Positions 13,660 through 28,098 of a stretch of 64,000 nucleotides of DNA are shown here, piece after piece. Each line of letters starts with the position of its first letter. Position 1 is the first letter of the stretch. A program made the translations under genes and the position numbers. This stretch comes from the human T2T-CHM13v2.0 reference genome, Homo sapiens, in assembly GCF_009914755.1 (NCBI RefSeq), contig NC_060926.1, one strand, 5' to 3'. The notes below the pieces were generated by a model. That model ran no database searches. It saw only the letters and a list, made by a program, of their open reading frames with translations, and was not told where the DNA came from.

Positions 13660-16600
13660 TGATGATTCCATTCGATTCCATTCGATGGTGATTCCATTCG
13701 GGTCCATTCGATGATTCCATTCGATTCCATTCGATGATGATTCCATTCGAGTACATTCAATGATTCCATTTAAGTCCATTCGAAGATTACTTTCATTTCC
13801 ATTTGATGATTCCATTTGAGTCCATTCGATGATTCCGTTCAAGTCCATTCAATGTTTTCTTTTGATTCCAATCAATATTGATTCCATTTGAGTCCATTCG
13901 ATGATTCCATTCGAGTGCATTCCATGATGATTCCATTCGAGTCCATTTGATGATTCCATTTGATTTCATTTGGTGATGATTCCATTTGATTCCATTCGAT
14001 GATTCCATTCAAGTCCATTCATTGATTATATTCGAGTCCATTAAATGATTTCATTCGTTTCCATTCGATGATGACTCCATTCGAGTCCATTCAAGGATGA
14101 TTCCAGAAGATTCCATTCGATGATAACGTTGGATTCCATTCTTTGTTTCATTTCGATACATTTTGGTGATGATTCCGTTTGATTTCATTTGATGATCCCA
14201 TTCGATTCTATTTGATGATGATTCCATTCGATTCCATTGGATGAAAATTCCATTCATTTCCATTCATTGATGATTCCATTCTATTCTATTCGATGCTGAT
14301 TCTATTCAATTCCATTCAACGATGATTCCATTCGATTTCATTCGATGATGATTCCTTTCGAGACCATTCGATGATTCCATTCACTTCATTCGATGATGAT
14401 TCCATTCAATTCCATTAGATGATTCCATTAGAATCCATTTGATGACGATTCCATTCGATTCCATTCGATGATGATTCCATACGATTCCATTGGATGATGA
14501 CTCCTTTCATTTCCATTCGATGATTATTCCTTTCGACTCCATTTGATGTTGATTCTTTCAATTCCGTTTGATGATGTTTCCATTTGATTCCATTCGATGA
14601 TGATTCCATTCCATTCCATTCGATGATTCCATTCAATTCCATTAGATGATGATTCCATTAGAGTCCATTCAATGATTCCATTCGATTCCATTCTATGATA
14701 ATTCCATTGGAGTCCATTCGATGATTCTATTTGATTCTATTCAATAATGATTCCATTCGAGTCCATTCGATGATTGCTTTTGAGTCTATTCGAAGATTCC
14801 ATTCAATACCATTCAATGATGTTTCCATTCCAGTCCATTCAATAATTCCATCCGATTCCATTCGATGATGTCTGCACTCAGTTCCATTTGATGATGATTC
14901 CAATGGATTCCATTCAATGACACCATTCGATTCCATTCATTGATGATTCCATTCGATTCCATTCGATTATGATTACATTCAATTCCATTCGATGATGATT
15001 TCATTGGATTCCATTCCATGATGATTCCATTCGATTCCATTCAATGATGATTCCATTCAATTCCATTTGATGAAAATTCCATTCAATTCCATTCGATGAT
15101 GATTCCATTCGATTCTATTTGATGCTGACTCTATTCGATTCATTTGGATGATGATTCCATTCGATTCCATTTGATGATTCCATTCGATTCCATTCAATTA
15201 TGATTCCATTCGAGACCGTTCGATGATTCCATTCAATTCTATTCAATGGTGATTCCATTCGAGTCCATTCGATGATTCCATTCAAGTCCATTCTATGATT
15301 CCATCTCTTTCCATTCAATGATGATTCCATTCGATGATGATTCCATTCGATTCCATTCAATGATGATTCCATTGGATTCCATTCGATGATTCCATTCGAT
15401 TCCATTTGATGGTGATTCCATTCGGGTTCATTCGATGATTCCATTCGATTCCATTCGATGATGATTCCATTTGAGTACATTCAATGATTCCATTTAAGTC
15501 CATTCTAAGATTACTTTCAATTCCATTTGATGATTCCATTTGAGTCCATTCGATGATTCCATTCAAGTCCATTCGATGTTTTCTTTCGATTCCACTCGAT
15601 ATTGATTCCATTTGAGTCCGTTCGATGATTCCATTCAAGTGCATTCCATGATTTCATTCGACTCCATTCGATGATCATTCCATTCGAGTCCATTCGATGA
15701 TTCCATTTGATTTCATTCGGTGATGATTCCATTCGATTCCTTTCGATGATTCCATTCAAGTCCATTCATTGATTACATTCGAGTCCATTAAATGATTCCA
15801 TTCGTTTCCATTCGATGATGACTCCATTCGAGTCCATTCAATGATGATTCCAGTCGATTCCATTCGATGATAACGTTGGATTCCATTCTTTGTTTTTTTT
15901 TCGATTCATTTTGGTGATGATTCCGTTTGATTTCATTTGATGATCCCATTCGATTCTATTTGATGATGATTCCATTCGATTGCATTGGATGAAAATTCCA
16001 TTCGTTTCCATTCATTGATGATTCCATTCGATTTTATTCGATGCTGATTCTATTCAATTCCATTCGACGATGATTCCATTCGATTTCATTCGATGATGAT
16101 TGCTTTCGAGACCATTCGATGATTCCATTCACTTCATTCGATGATGATTCTATTCAATTCCATTAGATGATTCCATTAGAATGCATTTGGTGATGATTCC
16201 ATTCGATTCCATTTGATGATGATTCCATACGATTCCATTGGATGATGACTCCTTTCATTTCCATTCGAAGATTATTCCTTTCGACTCCATTTGATGTTGA
16301 TTCTTTCAATTCCGTTTGATGATATTTCCATTTGATTCCATTCGATGATGATTCCATTCCATTCCATTCGATGATTCCGTTCAATTCCATTAGATGATGA
16401 TTCCATTAGAGTCCATTCAATGATTCCATTCGATTCCATTCTATGATAATTCCATTGGAGTCCATTCGATGATTCTATTTGATACTATTCAATAATGATT
16501 CCATTCGAGTCCATTCGATGATTGCTTTTGAGTCTATTCGAAGATTCCATTCGATACCATTCAATGATGATTCCATTCCAGTCCATTCGATAATTCCATC

Positions 16601-17055
16601 CGATTCCATTCGATGATGTCTGCATTCGGTTCCATTTGATGATGATTCCAACTGATTCCATTCGATGACACCATTCGATTCCATTCATTGATGATTCCAT
16701 TCGATTCCATTCGATTATGATTACATTCAATTCCATTCGATGATGATTTCATTGGATTCCATTCCATGGTGATTCCATTCGATTCCATTCAATGATGATT
16801 CCATTCAATTCCATTTGATGAAAATTCCATTCAATTCCATTCGATGATGATTCCATTCGATTCTATTCGATGCCGACTCTATTCGATTCATTTGGATGAT
16901 GATTCCATTCGATTCCATTCGATTATGATTCCATTCGAGACCGTTTGATGATTCCATTCAATTCTATTCAATGGTGATTCCATTCGAGTCCATTCGATGA
17001 TTCCATTCAAGTCCATTCTATGATTCCATCTGTTTCCATTCGATGATGATTCCAT
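13660..17055. repeat. Two tandem copies of a ~1.73-1.75 kb HSat2 higher-order unit
   Basis: ORFs 14415..14642/16163..16390 and 14727..14936/16475..16684 are near-identical at offset 1748; the offset is 1724-1725 at either end. Confidence 0.92.
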
Positions 17056-17141
17056 TCGAGCCCATTCGATGATTCCACTCGATTCCATTCCATGATGATT
17101 CCATTGAAGCACATTTGATGATTGCATTCGTTCCATTTGAT

Positions 17142-20100
17142 GATTCCATTCGATTCCATTCGATGATGATTCCATTCAATTCCATTCGATGATGACTCTG
17201 TTCGGTTCCATTTGATGATGAATCCATTCGATTCCTTTAAATGATGATTCCATTCAATTACATTCGATGATGATTCCATTCGATTCCATTTGATGATGAC
17301 TCCGTTTGATTTCATTCGATGATTCTATTTGATTCCTTTCGATGATGATTCCATTCTCTTCCGTGCAATGATTCCATATGATTCCATTCAATGATGATTC
17401 TATTCAATTCCATTTCATGTTGATTCCATGTGATTCTATTCAGTGATGATTCCATTTGTGTCCATTTGATGATTCCATTTGAATCCATTCATTGATTCCA
17501 TCCAATTTCATTTGATGATGATTCCATTCGAGTCCATTCGATGATTCCATTCAATTCCATTTGATGATTCCATTGAAGTCCATTCGATTATTCCATTCGA
17601 GTCCATTCGATGATTCCATTTGATTCCTTTTGATGATAATTGCATTCAAGTCCATTTGATGATGATTCCATTCGATTCCATTCAATGATTCAGTTTGATT
17701 CTATTTGATGATTCCCTTCGATTCCTTTCCATGATGACTCCATTCCATTCCATTCGATGTTTCCATTCAATTCTATTCCATGATGATTCCTTTCGATTCC
17801 ATTTGCTGATGATTCCATTCGATTCCATTAGGTGATGATTCCATTCAAGTCCATTAGATGTTTCCTTTTGTTTCCACTCGAAGTTGATTCCATTCGAGTC
17901 CATTAAATGATTCCATTCAATTCCATTCGATGATAACTCCATTCGAGTCCTTTCAATGATGATTCCATTCAATTCCATTCAATGAGTCTGTTGTATTCCA
18001 TTCTTCGTTTTACTTTCATTCCTTTTGATGATGATTCCATTCTGTTTCATTCGATGATCCCATTCGATTCTATTTGATGATGATTCTGTTCGATTCCATT
18101 CAATGATGACTCCATTCGATTGTATTCATGCCGATTTTATTCGATTCCATTTGATGATGATTCCATTCAAGACCATTCGATGATACCATTCAATTCCATT
18201 CAATGATGATTCCATTCATGTCCATTAGATGATTCCATTCGATTCCATTCAATGATTCCATTCGATTCCATTCGATGATGATTCCATTCGTGTCCATTAG
18301 ATGATTCCATTCAAGTCCATTTCAAGTCATCTGATTCCATTTGATGATGATTTCATTCGAGTCCATTCGATGATTACATTCAATTCCATTCCATGATGAT
18401 TCCATTGAAGCCCAGTCAATGATTGCATTTGAGTCAATTCGAAGATTCCATTCGATTTCATTTGATTACGATTCCAGTCAGTTGCATTCAATGATGACTC
18501 TGTTCGGTTCCATTTGATGATGAATCCATTCGATTCCTTTCAAAGATGATTCCATTCAATTCCATTCGATGTTGATGCCATTCGATTCCATTCGATGATT
18601 ATTCCATTTTATTTTATTCGAGGATTCTATTTGATTCCATTCGTTGATGATTCCATTCTATTCCGTTTGATGATTCCATTCGATTCCATTCGATGATGAT
18701 TCTATTCGATTACATTTGATGATGATTACATTCGATTCCATTCGATGATGATTCCATTTGTTCCATTCAATGTTTCCATTCGATTTCATTCGATACGTAT
18801 TCCACTTGAGTCCGTTAGATGATTCCATTTGATTCCATTTGATGATGATTCCATTCGGTGCCATTTGATTATTCCATTTGATTTCATTCGATGATGATTC
18901 CATTGATATCTTTTGATGATTCCTTTCCATTCTGTTCGATGATTCTTCCATTCGAGTCCTTTCGATGATGACTCCATTTGATTCCATTCGAAGATTCAAT
19001 GCAATTTCATTTGATGATGATTCCATTCGAGTCCATTCGATGATTCCATTCGATTTCTTTCGATGATGATTCCATTCAATTCCATTCGATGATGATTCCA
19101 TTTGAGACTATTCGATTATTCCATTCAATTCCATTCAATGAGGATTGCATTCAAGTCCATTCGATGATTCCATTCAAATCCATTCGATGATTCCATCTGA
19201 TTCCATTTGATGATGATTCCATTCGAGTCCATTTGATGATTACATTTGATTCCATTCCATGATGATTCCATTGAAGCTCAGTCGATGATTGCATTTGAGT
19301 CCATTTGAAGATTCCATTCGATTCCATTCAATTCCATTCGATTATGATTCCATGCAATTCCATTTGATGATGACTCTGGTTCCATTAGATGATGAATCCA
19401 TTCAATTCCTTTCAATGATAATTACATTCAATTACATTCGATGATTATTCCATTCGATTCCATTCAATGATGATGCCATTCGATTCCATTCGATGATGAT
19501 TCCATTTTATTTCATTCGATGATTCTATTTGATTCCATTCGATGATGATTCCATTCTTTTCTGTTCGATGATTCCTTTCGATTCCATTCAATGATTATTC
19601 TATTCAATTCCATTTGATTATGATTCCATTCGATTCCATTCGGTGATGATTCCGTTTGTGTCCATTCAATGTTTCCATTCGATTCCATTTGATGATCATT
19701 CCACTTGTGTCCGTTAGATGATTCCATGTGATTCCATTCGATGATGATTCCATTCACTGCCATTTGATTATTCCATTTGATTTCATTCGATGAAGATTCC
19801 ATTGATTTCGTTTGATGATTCCTTTCCATTCCTTTCAATGATTATTGCATTCGAGTCCATTCAATGAATCCATTCGATTCCATTCGATGATGACTCCATT
19901 TGAGTCCATTCGAAGATTCAATGCAATTTCATATTATGATGATTCCATTCGAGTCCATTCTATGATTTCTTTCAATTCTATTCGATGATGATTCCATTCT
20001 AGTGCATTAGATGAGTAAATTCGATTTCGTTCAATGATGATTCCATTCGATTCCATTCGATGATTCCCTTTGATTCCATTCGATGATGATTCCAATCGAG

Positions 20101-23100
20101 TCCATTCAACGCTTCCCTTCGAGTCCATTTGATGATTCCATTCGAGTCCAAATTTCATTCCACTCAGTTCCCGTCGATGACGATTCCGTGTGATTCCATT
20201 CGATGATGATTCCATGTGATTCCATTCAATGATGATTCCGTTTGAATCCATTCGATGATTCCATTCAATTCCATACGATGATGATTCCATTCGATTCCAT
20301 TCATTGGTGATTCCATTCATTTCTATTCATTGATTCCATTCCATTCCATTCAACAATGATTCCACTCGATTTCATTTGATGATTCCACTCGATTAAACTT
20401 GACAATGATTCCATTTGATTCTATTTGATGATTCCATTTGATTCTATTCGATGATGATTCTATTCGATTCCTTTTGATGATGTTTGTGTTTTATTCCATT
20501 CGATGATTCCATTCGATTCCATTCGATGATGATTGCATTCGATACCAATTGATGATTCCATTTGATTCCATTTGAGGATTCCACTCGATTCCATTCGATG
20601 ATGATTCCATTCGAGTGCATTCAATGATTCCATTCGAGTCCATTTGATGATTCCATTCGATTCCAATCAATGATGATTCCATTAGATTCCATTCGAAGGT
20701 TCCATTCGATTCCATTTGATTCCATTTGATGATGATTCCATTACAGCCCATTCGATGATTCCATTCGAGCCCATTCAATGATTCCATCCAATTCCATTCA
20801 ATGATGGTTCCATTCGAGTCCCTTCTTTGATTCCATTCGATTCCATTCCCTGATGACTACACTCGGTTCCATTCAATGATGATTCCAATGGATTCCATTC
20901 GATTTCTCCATTCGATTCCATTCCTTGTTAATTCTATTCGATTTCATTAGATGATGACTCCATTCGATTCCTTTTGATGATAATATCATTAGATTCCATT
21001 CAATGATGTTTCCATTCGATGCTATTCAATGAAGATTCTATTCGATTCCATTCGATGATTCCTTTCGATTCCATTGGATGGTGATTCCATTAGTGTCCAT
21101 TTGATGATTCCATTCGATTCCATTCGATGAAGATTCCATTCGAGTCCATTCAATGATTCCTTTTGATTTCATTTGATGATGATTCCATTCGAGACCATTC
21201 GACGACTGCTTTCAATTCCGTTCGATGATGATTCCATTCGAGTCCATATGATGATTCCATTTGATTTCATTCAATGATGATTCCATTCGTTTCCGTTCGA
21301 TGATTCCTTTCTATTCCATTCAATGATGATTCCAATTGAGTCTATTCGATGATTCATTTCGAGTCCATGCAATGATTCCATTGGGTTCAATTCAATGATA
21401 ATCACATGGGATTCCATTCGATGATTCCATTTGATTCCATTCGTTGATGATTCAATTCGATTCCATTTGATTATTTGATTCGATTCCATTTGATGATGAT
21501 TCCATTCGATGATGATTCCATTCAATTTCATTCAATGATTTTATTCGATTCCATTTGATGATGATTCAATTCTATTCCATTCGAGGATTCCATTCGATTC
21601 CTTTCGATGATGATTCCTTTTGATTCTATTCGATGATGATTCCATTCGATTGGATTCTATGATGTTTCCATTCGAGTGCATTCGAAGATTTTATTCAGTT
21701 CCATTTGATGATGATTCCATTCATGTCCATTCGAAGATTATATTAAATTCCATTCGATGATGATTCCATTTGAGTCCATTCAATGATTCCTTTCCCTTCC
21801 GTTTGATGATGATTCTATTTGATTCCATTTGATGATGATTCCATTCGATTCCATTCAATGATGATTCCATTTGAATTCATTCGATGATTCTTTTGTTTCC
21901 ATTCGGAGATGATTCTATTCTATTCCATTCAGTGATTCCATTCGATGATTATCCTATTCGATTCCATCTGATGATAATTCCCTTCGATTCCATTCGATAA
22001 CAGTTCGATTCGTGTCCATTCAATGTTTCCATTCGATTCCATTTGATGATGATTCCATTCAAGTTCGTTAGATCACTCCATTCGATTCCATTCAATGATG
22101 ATTCCATTCGATGATTACATACGATTTCATTCGATGATGATTCCATTCGAATCCCTTTGATGATTCCATTCCATTCCATTCAAAGTTGATTCCATTCGAG
22201 TGGATTCGATGATTCCATTCTATTCCATTCGATGATGATTCCATTCGAGTCCACTCGATAATTCAATGTGATTTCTTTTGATGATGAATACATTCGATTC
22301 TATTCAATGATTCCATTGGATACAATTTGATGATGATTCCATTCGAGTACATTCGATGATTGCATTCAATTCTATTCGATGATGATTCCATTCAATTCTA
22401 TTCGATAATTCCATTTGATTCCATTCGATGACCATTCCATTCGAGTCCATTCGATGATTCCATTTCATTTCATTCTGTGATGATTCCATTTGAGTCCATT
22501 TGATGATTCCATTCGAATCGATTTGATGATTGTTTTCAATTATATTCGATGATGATTCCATTCGGTTTCATTCGATGATTCTATTCAATTCCTTTCTATG
22601 ATTATTCAATTCTTTTCCATTTGATATTTCCATGTGCTTCCATTTGATGATGATTCCATTCGTTTGCATTCGATGATGATTCCATTCAGGTCCATTCAAA
22701 GATTCCATTCGATTCCATTCTATGATGATTGCATTCGAGTTCATTTGATGATTCCATTCGATTCCATTCGATGATGATTCCATTCGTTGCTATTCAATGA
22801 TTCCATTCGATTCCATTTGCTGATGATTCCATTCGACTCCATTCAATGATTCCATTCGATTCCATTCAATGAAGATTCCATTCGAGTCCATTTGATGATT
22901 CTATTTAATTCCATTCGATGATGATTCCTCTCAAATCCATTTGATGATTCCATTCGAGTACATTCGATTATTCCATTTGATTTTATTCGATGATGATTCC
23001 ATTCGATGCCATTCGATGATTCCATTCGATTCCATTCAATGGTGATTCCATTCGATGCCATTCGATGATTCCATTCAATCCTATTTGATGATGATTCCAT

Positions 23101-25409
23101 TCGTGTCCATTCGATGATTCAGTTCGTTTCCATTCGATGATGATTCCATTTGAATCCATTTGATGATTCCTATCGATTCCATTTGATGACTCCGTTCAAT
23201 CCCATTCGATGTTTCCCTTCGATTGTCTTTGATGATCATTCCATTAGATTCAATTTGGTGACTCCATTTGATGATGACTCCGTTCGATTCCATTCGATGA
23301 TGATTCCATTCGATTCCATTTGATGATGATTCCATTCGATTCCATTTGACGATGATTCCATTCGAGTCCATTTGATGATTCCATTCGATTCCATTTGATG
23401 ATGATTCCACTCAAGCCCATTCGATTATTCCATTCGAGTCCATTCAATGATTCCATTAGATTCCATTCTATGATGATTCCATTCGATGCCATTCGATGAT
23501 TCCATTCGATTCCATTCAATGACGATTCTATTCATGTTCATTCGATGATTCCATTGGATTCCATTTAATGATGACTCCATTCGAGTCTATTCCATGATTC
23601 CATTCAATTCCATTCGCTGATGATTCCATCCGAATCCATTCGATGATTCCATTCGTTTCCCTTTGATGATTCCATTTGATCCCTTTCGATGATTCCCTTC
23701 AATTCCATTCGGTGATCTTTCCATTCGATTCAATTCATTGATTCAATTTGATTCCATACGATGATGATTCCATTCGATTCCATTTGATCATGAGTCCATT
23801 CGATTCCATTTGATCATGAGTCCATTTGATTCCATTTGCTGATTACTCTGTTCGGTTCCATTTAATGATGATTCCATTCAGTTCCATTTGATGATGGTTC
23901 CTTTAGATTCCATTCGATGATTCCATTCGATTACATTTGTTGATGATTCCATTCGATTCCATTCAATGATGATTCCATTCAATTCCATTTGATGATGATT
24001 CCGTTCGATTCCATTCAATGATTATTCCATCCAATTCCATTCGATGATGATTCCATTCAAGTCCATTGGATGATGATGCCTTTTGATTCCATTCAATGAT
24101 GACTCCATTCGTTTCCATTCGATGGTGTTTCCATTTGATTCCATTCGATGATAATTCCATTCTATTCCATTCGATGATGATTCCATTCCATTCCATTCCA
24201 CTACATTCCATTACATCTGATTCCATTCCACTCCATTCCACTCCTCTCCTCTCCACTCCACTCCATTGCATTCCATTCCATTCCTTTCTTTCGAGAGTGT
24301 ATCATTCTTTCACCCATTGTGTAACACAATGGCACAATCTCATCTCCCATTCCATTCCATTCCTCTCCATTCAATTCCATTTGATTCCATTCCATTCCAT
24401 TCCATTCCATTCCATTCCATTCCATTCCTTTCCATTCGAAGAAGAAAAGGAGTTGCAAAGTCATACTCACTTTTCTGCACTTGTCAGACAATTAAGATTT
24501 CTTTGAGTACTTCAGCCCTAATAATTTTCTTTTTATCATACATATTGCAGTGCTTATCTAATTTTAAATATATTTTTGTTTCAACATCCAGTTTCTTATT
24601 TGTTCTATCTGTATGTTTACAATATATTTTACTCTGTGTTCATTCTTTGATTTCAGAACTTCAACCTTTCTGAAGCATATTTTCAGAGTTTCTCTTTAGT
24701 TTCTTTAGTGGAATTCTGCTGGTTGCGTTTTGTTTTTTGTCTCTAAATATGTTATTTAGCCACAGGTTGATGAATATTTTTCTTCGTTTAGAAATTCAGA
24801 ATGGCATTATTATTCTTAACAAATAATATTGTTTATTTTACCTTTCATTTTTTCAGATTTCAATATGATTAAAAGTAATTTCATTTTTCTAGTGCTAATT
24901 GAAATATTTTTCCCTTCATGGGTGTTTACTATTTCTCTAGGAGATACATAGGTGTAGGTTTATCTCCATTGTAGCTTGCTTAGCATGCATGGAGTTTTTG
25001 AATATGCAGATCAGTGTCTTACAAAGGTCTAGGGAACTTTCAGACAAAATACCAACACACATTGTCCCTTCCCAGTTCCCTTCTTCTATGAGAACACTCT
25101 CTAAACACATGCTACACTTTCTCACTGTATCTTCCATGTCTCTTCATCATTCTGTCCACATTTTACATTTTTCAAAATTTTCTGTAATGCATTCTGAAAT
25201 ATTTATGAACTCTCACCTTGGCCATGTCTAATCTGATGAGTTCATTTTTGAGTTTTTAATTTAAAATAACTACATTTTTATACAAACTTCTTTTCAAATT
25301 TGCTACATGAATTTTTTAGTCTCCTAACAATATATTCATTTTTTAAAAAATTTTTTGAAAGCAAATGTGCTTTATAATCTAACAGTGATATTTCTACTAA
25401 TGAACCTTT
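17142..25409 (-). repeat. Right arm of the inverted duplication (reverse complement of 1-8268)
   Basis: Same mirrored ORF set with a constant coordinate sum, so no net indel between the arms; spot checks at both ends match. Confidence 0.97.
24180..24438 (-). repeat. (ATTCC)n border with embedded Alu fragment (24285-24348); mirror of 972-1230
   Basis: Reverse complement of the left border. Confidence 0.95.
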
Positions 25410-26000
25410 GTGGATCTGTTTGTAGTCTTTTTCTGCTTTCCTTTCAAATGGTGGAATATCATTTCCTTGCATGCTTAGATGCCTTTGAATGACAAATATT
25501 TATTTTTCTCTGAAAATTATTTTTGTGCACTTTTGCAGATTAGTAAGTAGAAAATTTGCCAAAGAGAAGTTGAATTTTTTTGTGATTCTACTAAAGGCAC
25601 CACCATTCTGGGACCACATTATGTTAATTCTTGGCCTAAAGGTGTTCGGACATATGTTTGGACTGCACATTTAAACAATTTTTAAATTAGTTGCTGTAAA
25701 TCATTAATGATTGAGTTTCTTTAAATCCGTCCAATCTCAAGTCATTTTTATTTGCCATTTCCAGGGAATGTGAAATGGGACTAATTTACCTCTGATTCTT
25801 CCTTATACTGAGGATAGAAATGTTGGTCCTAGCTTTAGGGAGGAGCTCCTGTGTGATGCCCTATCTTGGGAAAATCTATGTATTTTTTTACTGTCCTATG
25901 TAATGTATGACAATAGGAATCTGCACTCATTCATTTTGCTACATGTCCGTAGGGAAAAATCAGTTTCCATGTTTAGTTATATTTTGTCTGCTCCCTGCAT
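24450..26000 (-). mobile_element. Ancient L1 (L1M-type) fragment; mirror of 1-960 plus continuation
   Basis: T-rich strand, mirrored ORF1-like ORF 24937..25137; right boundary uncertain. Confidence 0.45.
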
Positions 26001-27699
26001 TCCCATGGTTTTGACCTTATATTTTACTTTTATGTGTGAACATACCAGTGCTTCAAATTTTTTCCAGTAATATATTCAACTATATTATGAGAAAGAGAAA
26101 AATTTTGATAAAACACAAATTTCATGTTTTCCTTCTCTAATTGGCTTTTACTTAAAAATACAGGTAAAATTTATTTGTGCTTTTTTGCTATTTCTGTTTT
26201 GCTATTCTCTGTCTATGTCTTCTCCACATAGACACAATTAGGGAATTTTGTACCCTCTTGTGCCAACTGCTTTGATAGTAACAAAATGTATTTCTGGAAC
26301 TCCTAGGTATAAAACTCAAGTATCCACAATTTAAATTCTTTTTTACTCATTTCTATTATGTTTCCAGTCTCAATAGAAATCGATGACAATCCAGAAATAC
26401 AAGCATTATTCTAATACTTCTCACACATTACAGGTATAGATTAAATTTTCTAGATCTCCTTAAATACTATCATTTTTCACTACTTGTATCTTAACTGTTA
26501 AGTTCAACATTTTCTATAATATTAATATGTTGTGAAAATTTCCTTACTTTCTTGTTTGTCCCAAGTTCAAGGTTTTGCAGTCTCTACCTCACCCTGTGAA
26601 GCATAAACATTGTACTATGCTGTACAAATATTACATAGTTCATGTGCTTAGAGATTGCACAATTTTTGTTTGGTTGACAATAGCTAATGTTTTCTTCTTC
26701 ATTTTCTATTTCCTGATTTTTCTTTATTTAGTATATGCTACATTATCATAAACATAAGAACGTTTTACAAACTAAAGCAAAAGAAACCCTAGGAAAAAAA
26801 TGCACAAATAAAATATATAAACATACAATTAGATGTACCATGTACCCTTCTAATTTATTTAGACATTTAATTGTAGTACAATTTTAATTAAAGTCTGTGT
26901 ATTATCTGCCATCGTCTTAGTATTTTTTATATAACAAATTGTGTAAATCAAAAAGCCTCAATGTCATTATAAACTATCTTGGCAGAGGTTGATGTCCAAG
27001 GAATAATTTCTCTCCCAAATTATGTCAATCAGAATTTCACTCTACCATAATTCTTTTAATCAGTTTCAGAGGAATCATAAATTTCAAAATTGTTCAAGGT
27101 TGTTGTTGTAGTTCAAGTACATTTTGACAGGTGTAAAACTGTAGACAGACTGATACAAACATATTCTATTTGACACAAAAGTATATGGGTCCTTTTTTAA
27201 ATTCTAGACTTTAAAATGTCTTGTCAACGTACACATGTTCTCCTTGTGAAATAATTGCTTTTTATTCTCTGGATAGAATAATTTAATCTTTAAACCTTCA
27301 ATTCACTGTTAAAAACAAAATATTACCTAAGGATATGCTTATAAAAATAATTCACAGCTAGCTTTTCAATTCAGAAATATATGTGAAAAATCATCAAGCA
27401 TCTAATGGATTTCAAGGAGAAATGGGTTAGTAATTTATTCCATATGTCTCAATTTTTCCTAGATTCAAGGCTTCCTTTAAAATAATTGTAGGCGTTTAAG
27501 AAACCATGTAAACTAAAAAGAAGAAATTGTGACACTGCCGCTTAGGTTTTTTAAATCTTTTGACATGAATCAATATACTTTTTAATTTTATCTTAATTAG
27601 ACATTGTGAGTTCACCATCTTCCTGTCAGTACAGCATCCAAGCTGATTATCATAGATTACAAGTTACACTATCAACTGTATTCTGAGACTCTTAAAAAA

Positions 27700-28098
27700 A
27701 AATGAGTGTTTTTGTTTGGGTATTCTTAAAGCAGGAGTGAGGACACAGCGAAAGTGAGACAAGGAAGAGAGAACAAAATAAAACAGGAAAGATAGAAAAG
27801 CCAGTACCACACGTGTTAAGAGGCAAGTTCCTGTGTTAGATATCTGGGCTTAATTCTATGGGAAGCTATGTGGAACATGCCTCAGAATTACATCACTGAA
27901 TCCAGGGAGATTCTTCTTAGTTGCCCTCACCTTTTCTTCCCACTTGCCCAGTATCAAGCTCCCATGCTGCTAGAGAAAGTCCTCAGCTAGAAACAGCTGC
28001 AAATTCTGGAGATGAGACCTTGTAGAGTGTTAAGAGTGGTTTTCTTCCCAGCAGCTACAGGTAAGGAATAGGGGCTGGGCTATTAATACATCTGCTAC
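27700..28098 (-). mobile_element. ERVL solo LTR, LTR33-like
   Basis: Ends in catctgctaca (reverse complement TGTAGCAGATG); contains gtgagacaaggaag, ggcttaattctatggg and cctcagaatt motifs as recalled for LTR33. Confidence 0.55.

Larger units (their letters stand above)
8569..24179 (-). repeat. HSat2 (HSATII) satellite, CATTC strand on top
   Basis: cattcgattccattcgatgatgattc units; orientation flips at ...gggaatcatta|gattccattcg. Confidence 0.93.

Noticed and set aside
1231-24179. CRISPR-like repeat array
   Set aside because: No constant repeat with unique spacers, no cas genes, and a clearly primate context (Alu, L1PA, THE1).
904-24506. Dozens of MESSSNGIEWNH-type ORFs suggesting a repetitive protein family
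   Set aside because: They are translations of HSat2/(GGAAT)n on the GAATG strand, in all frames, with no gene structure.
1-25409. Giant transposon with terminal inverted repeats
   Set aside because: Arms consist of satellite and decayed host repeats, and the spacer encodes nothing; this is an inverted segmental duplication.
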